A stretch of 62,945 nucleotides of DNA, counting the filler, from Reticulomyxa filosa (Eukaryota > Protista > Foraminifera): assembly GCA_000512085.1 (NCBI GenBank). It is 16 parts of 16 records of this genome, joined end to end, with 100 filler letters (N's around TTAATTAATTAA, not from the genome) between each part and the next. Parts side by side here need not be neighbours in the genome. Positions count along the whole stretch, not along the records: positions 12,509 to 14,186 come from ASPP01037458.1; positions 14,287 to 22,720 come from ASPP01014692.1; positions 22,821 to 25,083 come from ASPP01007749.1; 13 more parts are not named here. One strand, given 5' to 3'. A program made the position numbers and the translations under genes. The notes beneath the pieces were generated by a model that worked only from the letters and a program-made list of their open reading frames with translations, was not told where the DNA came from and searched no databases. Position 1 is the first letter of the stretch. Each line of letters opens with the position of its first letter. Positions 12,509 through 25,083 of the stretch are shown piece by piece.

Positions 12509-14050
12509 AATGCTTAGACAGAAAAACATTATTGGAATTGTTGTAGATTATGCATAGAAGCACTTGAAGCAATTACAGCTCAATGGAATGAAGGACTGAT
12601 GTTTATTTTCAAGCTTTCGATTGACACAGATAACAACATGGATAGACAATTGATGAAAGCATTTAAAAAGAATATCAAACAAAGTAAAACAACAAGTAAT
12701 TTGTATTTCTTGATTATACATTTGTCGGAAAGGGCAAATTTTATGTATATATGTATACATACATGGGATGCAAATAATGCATTCTCAAAAATCTCAGAAG
12801 ATATGTGGAGATGTGCGATAATCGGTGGAGTAAAAATAGATAATATTAAAATGGAGCATACAAAAGAAAAGGAAAAAGCATTAATTAGCAAAGAACCGCA
12901 AAGTAATTGCATTTGGAAAGCAAGAAAAGACATAGACAAGACATTATTAGCATTTGGTTTGATAATATGTAATCCTCGTATTTTCAATTGAATTGCAATG
13001 ATGATAATATCAATGTGACTAATTTCAATGAATGTATTGAATGTTGTCTATTGAATGGAAATTTCCAATTCATCAATAAAAATGGGAATGATGACAGTAC
13101 TATTTCATATCATTGTCTAAAAAAAAACTGAATAAGTTTCTAATGATGAAAATGTATACAAAAGGAACTTTACTCTGCTGTTCACGAAGTAAGTAAAGTT
13201 TGGATACTTGTCATAATTTAAATTGATATTGCAAGATCGTAACATTGGCAGAAATGGTTTTTTTTGTGCGATAAACATTGACACACTCCATTGCATTTGG
13301 CAATTCACTATCGATGCTGGGATATTGCACCGTTATTATATTGAACAAGGTGCAATACATTGATGTCAATGCGTCCATGAGAATCCCTTTTGAAAAAGTC
13401 ATGGAATTGTATTGGGGAACACAGAAAGAATCAAGATAAAATATATATATATATATTCAGACGCAAAGGAAATGGTTAAATTGATATTAAAAAACAAAAA
13501 ACAAACTATATGTCCAATGAAAGGAATTAAATATGCAATTGATTATGTGAAAAGACAAATTGGTTGATAAAGATGGTGCAATCAAAATCATTGATGGAAA
13601 AAGTTATAAAAGTATTGGAAGGAATGTCCAGGTTTTATGGGTGATTGGAGTTGCAACATTGTGAAGCTTTTGATGGAGTTGAAATCATGAAATAAAATGA
13701 GTTTGGTGGTTGTTCATAGAGAATACTGTATTATTTGAGTTTGTATAAGATACTGAACTCTATTTTGGTACGATTTGATAATTGATAGACCGCAAATCAA
13801 GTGGTTCAAATATTCATAAAAATAAAGAATGGTTGAAAAAGCAACCGAATTGAAAGATAAAGGTAGATATGAAAGTATAACATATTTGTAAATCATTTCT
13901 TCCTCCTTATGAGGAAAATATGCTATCAATTGTAAAATATTGTCTAAATCACTTTGAAATACATTTGGTCAAAAAAATGGATACTCACAGTAATGCTATT
14001 ATTTATCAAATCTCCATCACTTACTTGTTTTTGCTCATGCTCTTTTGAAT
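12509..14050 (+). pseudogene. decayed intronless ORF of unknown family
   Basis: Coding-like blocks (HTWDANNAFSKISEDMWRCAIIGGVK; YWKECPGFMGDWSCNIVKL) broken by many stops and frameshifts. Confidence 0.45.
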
Positions 14051-14289
14051 TGTTTTTTTGTTATGCTGTGAATGCGTGATTTTACAATTGATCTGTTAAA
14101 CAAAACAATATGATGCATTCGGTGAAAAAACTACCAACACGTGTGACGATAAGCACATAAAAGAAGGAAGATTTTTGTCATATTCANNNNNNNNNNNNNN
14201 NNNNNNNNNNNNNNNNNNNNNNNNNNNNNNTTAATTAATTAANNNNNNNNNNNNNNNNNNNNNNNNNNNNNNNNNNNNNNNNNNNNCCA

Positions 14290-14330
<41 letters not shown>

Positions 14331-14399
14331 GGGGTTGGATCTTTAGAAAGTTATTGCAATTTGTTTTGCTAAAAAAAAAAAAAAAAAATGTATAGTGTA

Positions 14400-15910
14400 T
14401 AGTGCTACTGACATCTATCGTTCATAAGCGTGTCCCCAACTTTCCAACGCGCAGTGCCTTCTTCATTTTCATTCATGTCATGAGAAGGTGCGCTCACTCG
14501 TTTGCGATCCATGTGGGTGCTAGCGTCACCGCGTCTTTCAGTGCCCATGGCATCGCCGTGTTCACTTATCCTGCTTCTGCTTTTGGTGCCATGTCGACGA
14601 GGATGGTGACGACGATGACGGCGGCGATGGTGCTGATGACGGCCGTGTTTCCTGTAGTTTCGTTTTTTTTGGATTTGCTAAAAGAATCCCCACTATTGGA
14701 ATTATTGTCTCTCCATTCAACAAACACCAAATCATTGTAACGTTGGCGATGGCGATTATCATCTTCCTCATGGCTACGGCTGCGGCTGCGGCTGTAACTG
14801 CGACTGCGGCTGCGGTTGTGATTGTGGCTGTAACTGGCCCGATCTCTGCTACGGCTACGGCTACGACTACTGCCTCTGCTGCTGGTTCTGGTTCGGCTCC
14901 TGTTCCTCGATTTTCGGGTCCAAATATGTTTTCCACGCTTTTTTTGTCCAACATCAATATCCCAATCACTTTCACTTCTACTTCTACTCCTGCTTCTGCT
15001 TGTACTTCTACTTGTACTTCTGATTCTATTTCGGTACTTATTTCTGTGCTTACTTTTGCTCTTTTTGCTCTCACTCCTGGTTCTACTTCGGCTCTTACTT
15101 CGAGTCCGACTGTTTGTCCACGATTCTATGCTCTCGCTAAATCGCTTCCACTTGCCACTTTTTGACAACGAATTTTCTCGGTTCTCTTCTCCCTCTTTCG
15201 TCGGCTTTTTTTTCATACCTTTTTTTTTATTTTTAGTAACATCACTTTTACGGTTATTTGAGTCCTCTACTTTTAATCACTTTGACAATTTGTATGCTTT
15301 TTTTTTTAAAGGAGTCACATACATAAAAAAAAAAAAAATTGGGTGCAAATGTCGTAACTTTTTTCTTTTGTCGTAAGGATACAAGTATGGACTGTTCCGG
15401 TAATAGTCGCGACAATAAAAGTCATTGTAGCCGATGGCACGTGTCACTTGGGGACAATGGCGATACGAATACGACGAGTCGTTCGACGATGTCGTTTGTG
15501 CCTTATGTGTGCTCCTGTCATCTCGACTCGTCATGTCGCTGCCATGGCTACTCCATTGCATGTCCTTCATGTAATCTGATACTTGCTTTTTCTTGTACTG
15601 CTTTTCGTCGATCATCCCGTTCCGTCGCCTTTCTTTGTCGGCTGTTTCATAGTCATCTATTTAAAACAAAATATTACAACATGCAACCCAAAACTTTACT
15701 GTTCATTTTTTAAAATTTTGATTGGGTGTGTATGAACAATTGCTTTTTTTGTTGCCCAAAAAAAAGCCATTGCACAATTTCAAAAAATTTTTCAAATAGA
15801 AAGTACAAAAAATATGTGATAACAGACGATTCCATCTTGTACTGCTTGGCTCGCAACATTTTGGATCGCTTCGAGAAAACGAGGCGGACAAATCAGAATA
15901 ATAGGACATC
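14400..15910 (-). CDS. arginine/serine-rich (RS-domain) protein, multi-exon
   Basis: Long RSRSRSR runs in ORF 14566-15216; upstream exons in 15359-15655; apparent frameshifts at homopolymers. Confidence 0.6.
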
Positions 15911-16344
15911 TTAAAGATCAATCAAAATAAACTAGATTATTTCAATTGATAGACAGCGTTTAGAGCTATTATCTAAAAAGTAATAAGATGTTATTGATGC
16001 TAAATACCTATTAGCTTGACTCACTGTAACTTTAGGGGAAAAAAAGTTCGATCTAGACGTTGTTCAGTTTTAACACTTGTTTTTATGAAGAGAGGGAAAA
16101 CTCGATTAAAGCAAGTCAAAGCTCAAAAAAAAGAGATAAGTACTAGATCGACAATAAAGCCAAACATATTTAAAAAATATGGTGGATAAGACAAATTTTG
16201 GGTGAAAGCGAATCAAATAATTTTTAAAACTATAATGTCCAAAAGAATCTCACAGCTGTAACATTGTTGTTGCAGCAAGGGAAAAAACAACAATAATGCT
16301 GAACATAAACGTACCAAAAAAAGAAAAGTTAACTTATAAAAAAT

Positions 16345-16475
16345 AAAGAGTGAACAACAAGTAAAGAAAGTGTTGAAGAGAAAAGGGATTTAAGGTTCTT
16401 TTCGAACTTGTTGACAAACGTAGGGCCTTGCCCTACAAAGTTATAAATCACATAACTTTACTAATTTTTCAAAGA
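16345..16475 (-). repeat. degenerate copy of dispersed repeat (other copy about 59960-60100)
   Basis: Minus strand ...agttat...ttgtagggcaaggcccta...actttctttacttgttgtt aligns by eye with 59960-60100. Confidence 0.55.
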
Positions 16476-16828
16476 ATTATAGCCGAATAAAAGAACAAAA
16501 TGAGAAAAGTAAACTGTATTGCTCTAACAAGACCACTAGCTCTCAGAAGAAGCAGAACGCTGACACAACCGCTGATGAAACCATTAACATTAAATTTCAA
16601 AAGGTACTGGCAACATACCCCTTTTCAATTATAGTACCACATCAGCCATTCAGTCGGACAAATCACGCCCTGCAAATGCAAATAATGACTCACCATCCAA
16701 TAAAAAACTACAGCAAAAAAAATTATCCAAAAAATCCATAAAGTTGAAAGTGCTAGAAATTTCCGTAAACCTTTTGAGTCACTTATTTCATTTGATAAGG
16801 ATAAATTTTAAAAAAAATATACTTATAG

Positions 16829-19270
16829 CCAAATCACAAAACCATATGACCCAATTGCAGATGTAGGGTTTGACCTAAATTCAAAGTTAAAATGGAGTAA
16901 AAAGTAGGAATATAAAACTTATTTCCATTGTTTTTGGATGAACTACAAAAAAAAAATGAAATATATTTTTAAGACAAAGTATTCCTTATTTAGTACTGGC
17001 AAGGGCATTTGAAAAATTATCAAGCACAACTAAACGATCTGACAAGATTGATATAATATCTTGTTTATTTCGCTCTGTGATGCTAGCACGACCAAAAGAG
17101 CTGCTGCCCGTGGTCTGCTTGACTTGCAATCAGCTCGCTGCTACGTACAAGGGAGTGGAACTAGGCGTTGGTGATCAAACTCTATTGAAATCTTTAAGTG
17201 AAAGCACTGGACGCAGTCTAGAAGACGTCAAGTCTGACTACATCAAACTTGGAGATTTAGTTAGGCATGTTTTTAGTTTGTTTATTTTAGTTCAAAGGGA
17301 CTGTCCGAGGTGGATGAGAAAAAAACACAATGATAATAATTATAACGAATGTCAATAAATTAGGGTGATGTCGCGGCCACGATTCAAAGTGGGCACTTGT
17401 CGTCATCCAGAGTCTTGACAGTGAAACAAGTGTATTCCACATTACTGGAAATAGCGACGTGGGAAGGAAAACAGTCACGAGCACGAAAAATTGCATGCGT
17501 TCATGAGCTGTTTAAGGCCTCTCGCGAAACAGAGGCCCGGTATATAGTGAGGCACTTGCAAGGCAAACTGCGGATTGGATTCAACGAACAAAGTGTATTG
17601 GCTGCGTTGAGCCGGGCTTGTGCATTAGCATCGTTAGGGAAAGGTCCAATAAGCACAGATTTAGCATGGGATGGCCCGATACAAGAAAAATTTGTACAGT
17701 TGGAAAGTCGCAACACGGTAATATTGAAACAAGCATTAAGTAAATTACCGAGTTTTGAATTGTTGATTGCAACATTGGTGAAGCATGGAATTGATTATTT
17801 GGCCGACAATTGCCAACTGTCGCCAGGTAATACTCACTTATATATATATGTATATATAATTTGAGTGATACGTCGTGACAATCAAAGATAATCAAAAACA
17901 AATAAATAAATGAATGAATATATATTTATATATATATTCATTCATTTATTTACTTGTGTATAATGGAATGATTTGAACTGCTATAGGCTTTCCAGTGAAA
18001 CTAATGTTGGCCCAGCCGACGAAAGGAGTCAACGAGATTTTGAAGCGCTTCAAAGGCAAGAGGTTTACGTTGGAATTCAAATATGACGGTGTACGAGCTC
18101 AGATTCATTTGCTGTCAAATGGACAAGTCAAAATATTCAGTCGAAATACTGAAGACACCACAGCCAAGTTCCCTGACATTGTGAACAATATACACAAAGT
18201 TGAGTCGATCAAATATTTCAAGCTTTTATGTTTATAAAGATAGTGAAGAACACAGAGAAGGAAAAAAAAAAAAAAAAAAGAAAATTGCTTTGTATTTTGT
18301 TAGTACTTAAAGTCAGAGATGACGCAAGCTTCCGCTGTAATCGATAGCGAGGTTGTTGCATATGATCGAAAAAGTAACAAAATTTTGCCTTTTCAGCAAT
18401 TGACAACGCGCAAACACAAAGGTGTGGATGAAGGCAATATCACAGTGCAGCTGTGCATTTTTGCATTTGATTTGCTATTTCTGAACGGCCAGTCGCTTAT
18501 GCTGCTGCCCTTGCACGATCGTCGTCACAAATTGTTTGAACTGTTCAATGTTAAAAAAGGTGAGTTTGAATTTGCACAGCACAAAGATACGGACGATCCG
18601 GAACAAATACAGTCCTTTCTAGAGTCGGCTATGCAATGTTCTTGCGAAGGTTTGGTTGTGAAGACACTAGATATAGACGCTATGTATGAGTCCAGCAAAA
18701 GATCGAATAACTGGCTCAAAGTTTTGTTTTAAAAAAAAAAATATACACATACATGTATATGTGTATTTACATATAATATATTATGGGGGAAGATAGATCA
18801 AGAAAGATTATCTGGATGGAATTGGAGATACACTAGATTTGGTGCTGATGGGAGCATCATTTGGAACTGGCAAAAGAACTAATGTTTATGGATCTTATTT
18901 GCTTGGCTGCTTTAATCCACAACACGGCAATTACCAAAGCTTATGCAAATGTGCTATTGGTCTTTCCGACGAACAATTGAGAGAACTTACAAACAAAATG
19001 CAATTGCTTTTGGTAGATACAAAACCAAGTCAATATGAAACCGACATCGACTGTCAATTCTGGTTTCAACCGAAAGTTATTTATGAGATCAAATGTGCTG
19101 ACCTCACTATTTCCCCAATACACCATTGCGGTATGGGATTGGTTCATCCCTCCAAAGGCATTAGTGTACGTTTTCCAAGATTTGTGCGACAAAGAGAAGA
19201 TAAAACTGTCGATCAAACAACAACCTCAGATCAAGTCGTTGAAATGTATCAAAATCAGGTTATGTCGTAG
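16829..19270 (+). CDS. LIG1: DNA ligase I (ATP-dependent, Cdc9/LIG1), multi-exon; N-terminus may extend to about 16086
   Basis: [49 protein letters not shown] (motif I), DSEVVA, AFDLL, CEGLVVK, WLK|[30 protein letters not shown]; introns include 17260-17363, 17827-17986, 18721-18796. Confidence 0.97.
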
Positions 19271-19656
19271 ATCTCGTTAACTTTCCCCTCATCTTTAAAC
19301 GAAAAGAAAAAAACTATTTTAGTTTTATTGCTTGAAAAATTTATCATTCTTTTTTGTTCACTGTACTTTTTTCTTTAAAAATTGTTGCTGTTTCAAGATG
19401 CACTATAAAATTTTAGTTAAATGTCAGTAATAATTCTGTTCTGGGTTAAGAAAACTTAAAAAAATTATGAAATAATCGCCTTAAAACAAGAAAACAGAAA
19501 AATATGCATATATTTCCATCAGTGCTCTTTTTTGTTTTTAATATGAAAAAGGTGGATTAATTACGCCAATGGAATTAAGAATGGCAAACGTTATTTTTTT
19601 GAAAAGGGTTTGCAAAAAGAAGTGGCACGAATAACAAATAATATTTTTTCTACTAT

Positions 19657-20796
19657 TCAAATATCGTCAGTTGCCAAAGAGAGTTTGACAGCATCTCCAG
19701 TTTTGGCTGGATCAAAGGCAGGCATTCCAAGATAAGGACAAGAAGCACATCGGAATGCATCTCCTAAATGGCATTTTCCACATGCAGATTCAGCCGGTTT
19801 ACTGTCCTGATTGGTTGCATTTTGTTGTTCTTTTTTCCATTTCTCTGCTCGTCCGCAGGTACAATTTTTGCATGGCTTGCGCGATGTAGTTACGTCACAG
19901 TTTTCCTTCACTAATGTTACAATCCATCAATTTATATATATTGGAGTATATAATTTATAATCAAATGGTGATGTGTATATATGTGAAGACAAAACAAACC
20001 AGATGTTTTAGGAATAACAACTTTTTCTGTTTCATGATCCAGCAAAGCGTCTTCATCTTCCAGGCCAATATCTGCAATTTGTGTCGGGTTGAATGACCAC
20101 ACTTTTGCACCATTCCCACTGGTTGCTGTGTCGGTAGTTGTTTTTGTTTGTTCCGAATTTTGTTTGTGTTCACTTTCTGAGTTAGCGGATGTTCCATTAC
20201 TTGTTGGTTTTGCTTTGAGGGTTAATTTTGCTGCTGTCATGCGGATTTGCGGTTTTGTTCCAATGAACTTTTTTTTTATAAGTAAAATCCCCTTTGCAAT
20301 GAACTCATTAAAAAAAAAAACACTGTCTTAACTTGCACTTCACTTGGAGCTTCTTCTATTTGCTTACTCGAGGAAACATCGATTTGTTGAATGTTTTCAA
20401 ATCCTCCAAACAACAGGCTGCGCTTCATGTCTGCCGAGGAAGGCAATTGTATGGCAATCGTACCTCCTGGTTTCAATACTCGCAATATGTGAACCAATAA
20501 CTCAGGAGGGTAAGGAACATTCGTCACACCACAAATCATGTCATATCGGTCCGATTGTAGTTTTGACAGTTCTGTTTTGTCCAATTGCACAATGATACGT
20601 GGCTTTTTATTTTTTTATTTGTTATTTTAACAAAAAACAATAACAATTTCGTATTGTAACGCTAACGTGTGTGAAGCTGGGACGATAAAGTTAATTGTGG
20701 TATAAAATCTACAAGGCGCTCATTTTTGCCAGATAAAAACAATACTTCCTTATTGCTTTCCAAACCAGGAAATGTAACTTGCTTTTGTTTTTCCAT
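19657..20796 (-). CDS. DRE2: anamorsin / Dre2 Fe-S cluster assembly protein, multi-exon
   Basis: Methyltransferase-like ILRVLKPGG; CX8CX2CXC ([15 protein letters not shown]) and [23 protein letters not shown]. Confidence 0.96.
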
Positions 20797-22202
20797 TGAC
20801 AATGTAACCTTTTTTTTAAACAGCAGGGAACCCTTACACCTTCTTTTTACTTTGACACGTTTCTTGACAGCTTACTTTTTAAAACTTTCGTTCTTATCTT
20901 TGTTTATTTTAATTAATTCACTTTTCTGTTGGTTTGCTAGAAGTACAAGTCCTTCTTATCAATTTCTACCAACAACTCAAAATATGAGTAACAAAGATCG
21001 TATGAAGATCTATGGCACGCACAACTACTTTGCGTGAGACAACAGAGGTCCAGTCTGAACTTCGAGATCCTTTTATTTTCGAACTTTTTCTGTTGCTTTT
21101 CTTGTTTGCTACTTTTTTGTTTTTGTCAAAAAGCAAAATCACTTTGTATTAATCTTATGTCGTGATCACTTACTGTATTTCTACTCTATTCTCTTTTTTC
21201 TTCTTTTTTCCAAGCCCCCTTTTAAGCCGAAGTTTGTCAAAACATCTGCAATTCTTTGTACTCGTTTGCATAAATTACTTCCTGCAGATAAATGCAAATA
21301 ATCAATGCACAACATGACAATTTTTCTAAAATTCGTTATTCAATAAATTGCACTGTTTCATGATATTTGTGCATTTGATATAATTCACACGATTGAAAAA
21401 CAATCGCCAAAGCCAGAAAACTGCCAGTTGCTGTTTTTACGTAAAAAAAGAAAAAAGATGAGCGCTGGTACAAGCAGTTGGTCCTGTTTCAATTCTGTAA
21501 TTAGCATGTCTTCTATTGTTGCGATCCAAACTGTTGATGGTACTATCGTACCAACTCAGCAATGGCGGCGAGTTTCAGCTGCTCCGTTTCCGGCCTCGCT
21601 CGATGCCCTATCTCTTTGACTTTAAGTCTTCAACCCCGATTTCATGATGGTTCATCATGTGTAAACACATAACAAACCAACATTACAAACGCTTCCGCAT
21701 TGTATCAGTGTTGAACCATTGCTTTGACACGATAACACCGTTTCGGTTTGGACAACATTCGTTCAATACAAAACCTTAATAGTTTAACTATTGTATCTAA
21801 CAACTCATCTTGTAAATAACATTATGTCTCAAATTTGTTATTTACTGCTCAATAGTTATGGAGCATCGCATTTTTCCTAAGATTGTAAGGAGATGCAGAC
21901 TAGTTGTAAAATGACTGCGGACAGAATGCTATCTTTAGGTGTCAGCCGAAACTTGTCCTGCATGATAACATAAACGAAATAAACGCAACTTAAACCCATA
22001 AATTCTCCATTACACGTGCCCGAGTAGTCTGCGCGTGAATATTCATTTCTGACTTTGTGTGTCGGCGTTTAAACTTTATTTTCACAAGCAAAGAGGGCAT
22101 TTTGAATTCCTTTTTTCAACTTTGGAACAGTACTGTTTTTGAAAAACGAAAAAACAGCAAAGGTGTTCTTTTTTTGGGGTTATCCCATCGATATTGCGGA
22201 AA

Positions 22203-22618
22203 ATGACGGCAAGCGTTGAAAATGTTCGACCAATTAAAGATATGGAAGAAGATTACCTTCAACAATGCCAACGATATCAATCCAAAGTAGATTGTGGGGT
22301 TGTAGTACTCTCACGTTTTTACAACGAAATAAAATCGTACAAACCAAGTATCATATTAACGGACAACGACTTAATTCCAATAGTGAACGTATTGATAAAA
22401 TATGAGATAGTTGGAATCACTTGCTATAATTTTTCTAATTGCCAATTGACGAGCAATGGCATTTATTTATTGTACGACTTGTGTATGAAATACAAGGATT
22501 ACATAGAAAAGCTAGAGCTGCGGAATAATTCTCTCGGTGACGAGGGTGCATTTGTATTAGCAAAAATTTTGGTTATTCCTAGTTCCAAATTAAAATTTTT
22601 GGGATTGCATTGGAACAA
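22203..22618 (+). CDS. leucine-rich repeat (RNI-like) protein, first exon
   Basis: NFSNCQLTSNGI, LELRNNSLGDEGAFVLAKIL, LKFLGLHWNK. Confidence 0.8.
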
Positions 22619-22820
22619 GTGTGTTTGTGTGTATTATTTAAAGCAAACAATTTACAAAAGAGAGAAATAAAAGGGAGGGGGGGGGGGGGGGCAAAAGAAA
22701 AGGCTTTTTTTTTTTTTTTTNNNNNNNNNNNNNNNNNNNNNNNNNNNNNNNNNNNNNNNNNNNNTTAATTAATTAANNNNNNNNNNNNNNNNNNNNNNNN
22801 NNNNNNNNNNNNNNNNNNNN

Positions 22821-23510
22821 CAACAACAACAACAACAACAACAACAACGAGTAACGATAAACCGCAAAAAGCCCTTGTCAAAGCGCCACGTTCGTGTCGA
22901 ATCACGTCTTTTTAAAAAAAAAAAAAAAAAAATTTTTTTTTTTTTTTTTTAAGTTTGCAGTTTGGATGTGTGTGTATGGAACAATATGGACGGATTGCTC
23001 GGAGATAGCCGTGGATAATAAAGGAAAAGATAGCAGCTTGAAAAAGTTCATAACGGATGCAATTCAATCCGATCATTCCAAAAAAGCAACTCAAATTATA
23101 CAAGGTCCATCCAAAACCTTCTCGATTGACGCTGGTGAGTTTTGTGGGATGTGTTACAAACAATGCTTGTCATGTTCAAAGCACTTTGGGTCTTCACTTT
23201 GCTTCGTGTGTCTGTTTTCACAATATACACAAGTGCAGCGGGACTGGACCATTTGCAAAAAGAGTTGGGGCTGACACAAGAACAATTTGGGCAATTACAA
23301 TCCCAACAATTACAATATATCGCCGATCATTACAAATCTTTCATTTCTGCTGACGATGTCATCGATCCATTGCAATGTCTGGAGCTTGATGCAAGTTTGG
23401 CTATACAACAACAAAGGGAGTTTGAAGGCTGCCAACTTGTTCAATATCAACAAATCAAACAACAAAACTCGATCAATGCAAAGAATACCAATGGCTGTTT
23501 GATTCAATGA
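22821..23510 (+). CDS. 3' exons of hypothetical protein ending in CaaX (CLIQ)
   Basis: Terminal exon ...KNTNGCLIQ-stop. Confidence 0.55.
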
Positions 23511-23833
23511 TAAATTATCTGACTCCTCCAAAAAAAAATAATAATAATAATAAACAAAGAGACATATACACCAATTAACTTATAAACAAAATCTTTCATA
23601 TGAATATTATTTTATGAAAAAATGGAAATATCATCGAGGAGGGAAAAGGGTCTTTTGTTCGTCCTTGTAAATTGTATGAAGATTATTTTCTTTTTCTCTT
23701 GATTTCAGCGAACATATCCAAGTTTCTTGTCAAAATACAATTGTAATACAATAAAATAATTAATGATAAACTTTTTGAGAGGAGAAGTACTCATTGGAAA
23801 GTACAAACTTTTCAGGCAACGGTTGAGTAAGCC

Positions 23834-25083
23834 ATGTCACTTGGTGATCAACCAGTTGTCAAGCCAACCTCGACATTAATTCGGCCAAATGAACGCCGCT
23901 ATGATCTATCATCACAATATGCACAGTCTTCCTCACAAAGAGAATCAAGTCCAGGGCCGACCCCACATGCTCGGTCCACGACATTGACCTCGACATCGAA
24001 CGTAAATACGAATTCAACAAACACGATGAATACAAGTGTGACAATTGCGATGCTGGACAACATGACCCCGGAGAAGTCGTCTCCATTGAATAATTTGAGT
24101 ACACCGATCCAAGACCGAGGATATGAAACGCCGCCGACATTTCAAATGCGACCAACGCAAGTGATAATGGAAGAAGGGACGCTGGTGAACACCCCGGTCA
24201 ATCGCAAAGGAGGGACGTTGCAGAGCGAGCATGTGTCGGAACACGTGTTGAAAAGGATGCAATCTCTGCCCTCTGGAATGATGTTTGCATCGTCGATTGA
24301 TGTGAGTGATATTGACTATCGCGACAGTACCAGTGAAACGCAAAGTGAAAGTGAGCAAAAGCAAAACCAAAGACAAAAAGAAAAATTGAAACAAAAGCAA
24401 AATCAAAAGCAAAAACAAAAAAGAAAAAAGAAGAAAAAAAAAGAAAAGAAAAAGAAAAGGAAAAAGTAATCAAAACAAAAGCAAAATCAAAATCAAAATC
24501 AAAATCAAAAGCAAAAGTAAAAGTAAACGAAAGAGAAAAAGAAAAAGAAAAAGAAAAAGAAAGAAAAAAAGGACAATTAAAACAAAAAGATAAAAAAAAA
24601 ATGGAAAACATAAAAAACAAGAGCGAGACAACAACTCCAAAGAACATGACGAAAATCAGGGAAATGACCAAACACGAGAAATTGAATGAATCGTACCTAT
24701 TTAATCGCCAGTTCAAACAGTATGGCAACGCGAGTTTGAGCGAAGAAGAGGTCACTGTCACCATCACGGAACAGCAAACCCCTCCGCAGCAACAAAGCGA
24801 CAGTGAGACGCAGACTGACGAAAATGATGATGACCATTATCATGCTCGTGACAATGATGATGATAACAATGACAATGACAATGACAATGACAATGACGAT
24901 GACGACGAAAATGATTATGAAGAAGACATCAAAGGTATGCGACTGTCGTATTTCACCTAAATACATGTATATACATACATGTACATATACATATACATAT
25001 ACATACATATATTCGTATATTAAAAAAAAAAAGAGCAAAACGATGATGATGACGACGATGAAGAAGAAGAAGAAGAAGAAGAA
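23834..25083 (+). CDS. low-complexity S/T-, K/Q- and D/N-rich hypothetical protein, partial
   Basis: ORFs 23834-24469 and 24601-24960 linked through lysine-rich repeats with a probable homopolymer frameshift; intron about 24935-25034. Confidence 0.55.

Noticed and set aside
14402-15376. Long plus-strand Ala/Thr-rich ORFs
   Set aside because: Antisense shadows of the RS-repeat gene.
16048-16152. ATGA...AAAA...GA stem resembling a SECIS or hammerhead
   Set aside because: Upper helix only 3 bp, no upstream UGA gene, and the sequence reads as MKRGKTRLKQVK, a plausible LIG1 first exon.
16829-20796. LIG1 and DRE2 as a functional cluster
   Set aside because: Convergent housekeeping genes; no evidence beyond adjacency.
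24014-25038. Hydrophobic minus-strand ORFs (FSFSF, VIVIV)
   Set aside because: Antisense of K/E and D/N microsatellite-coded regions.
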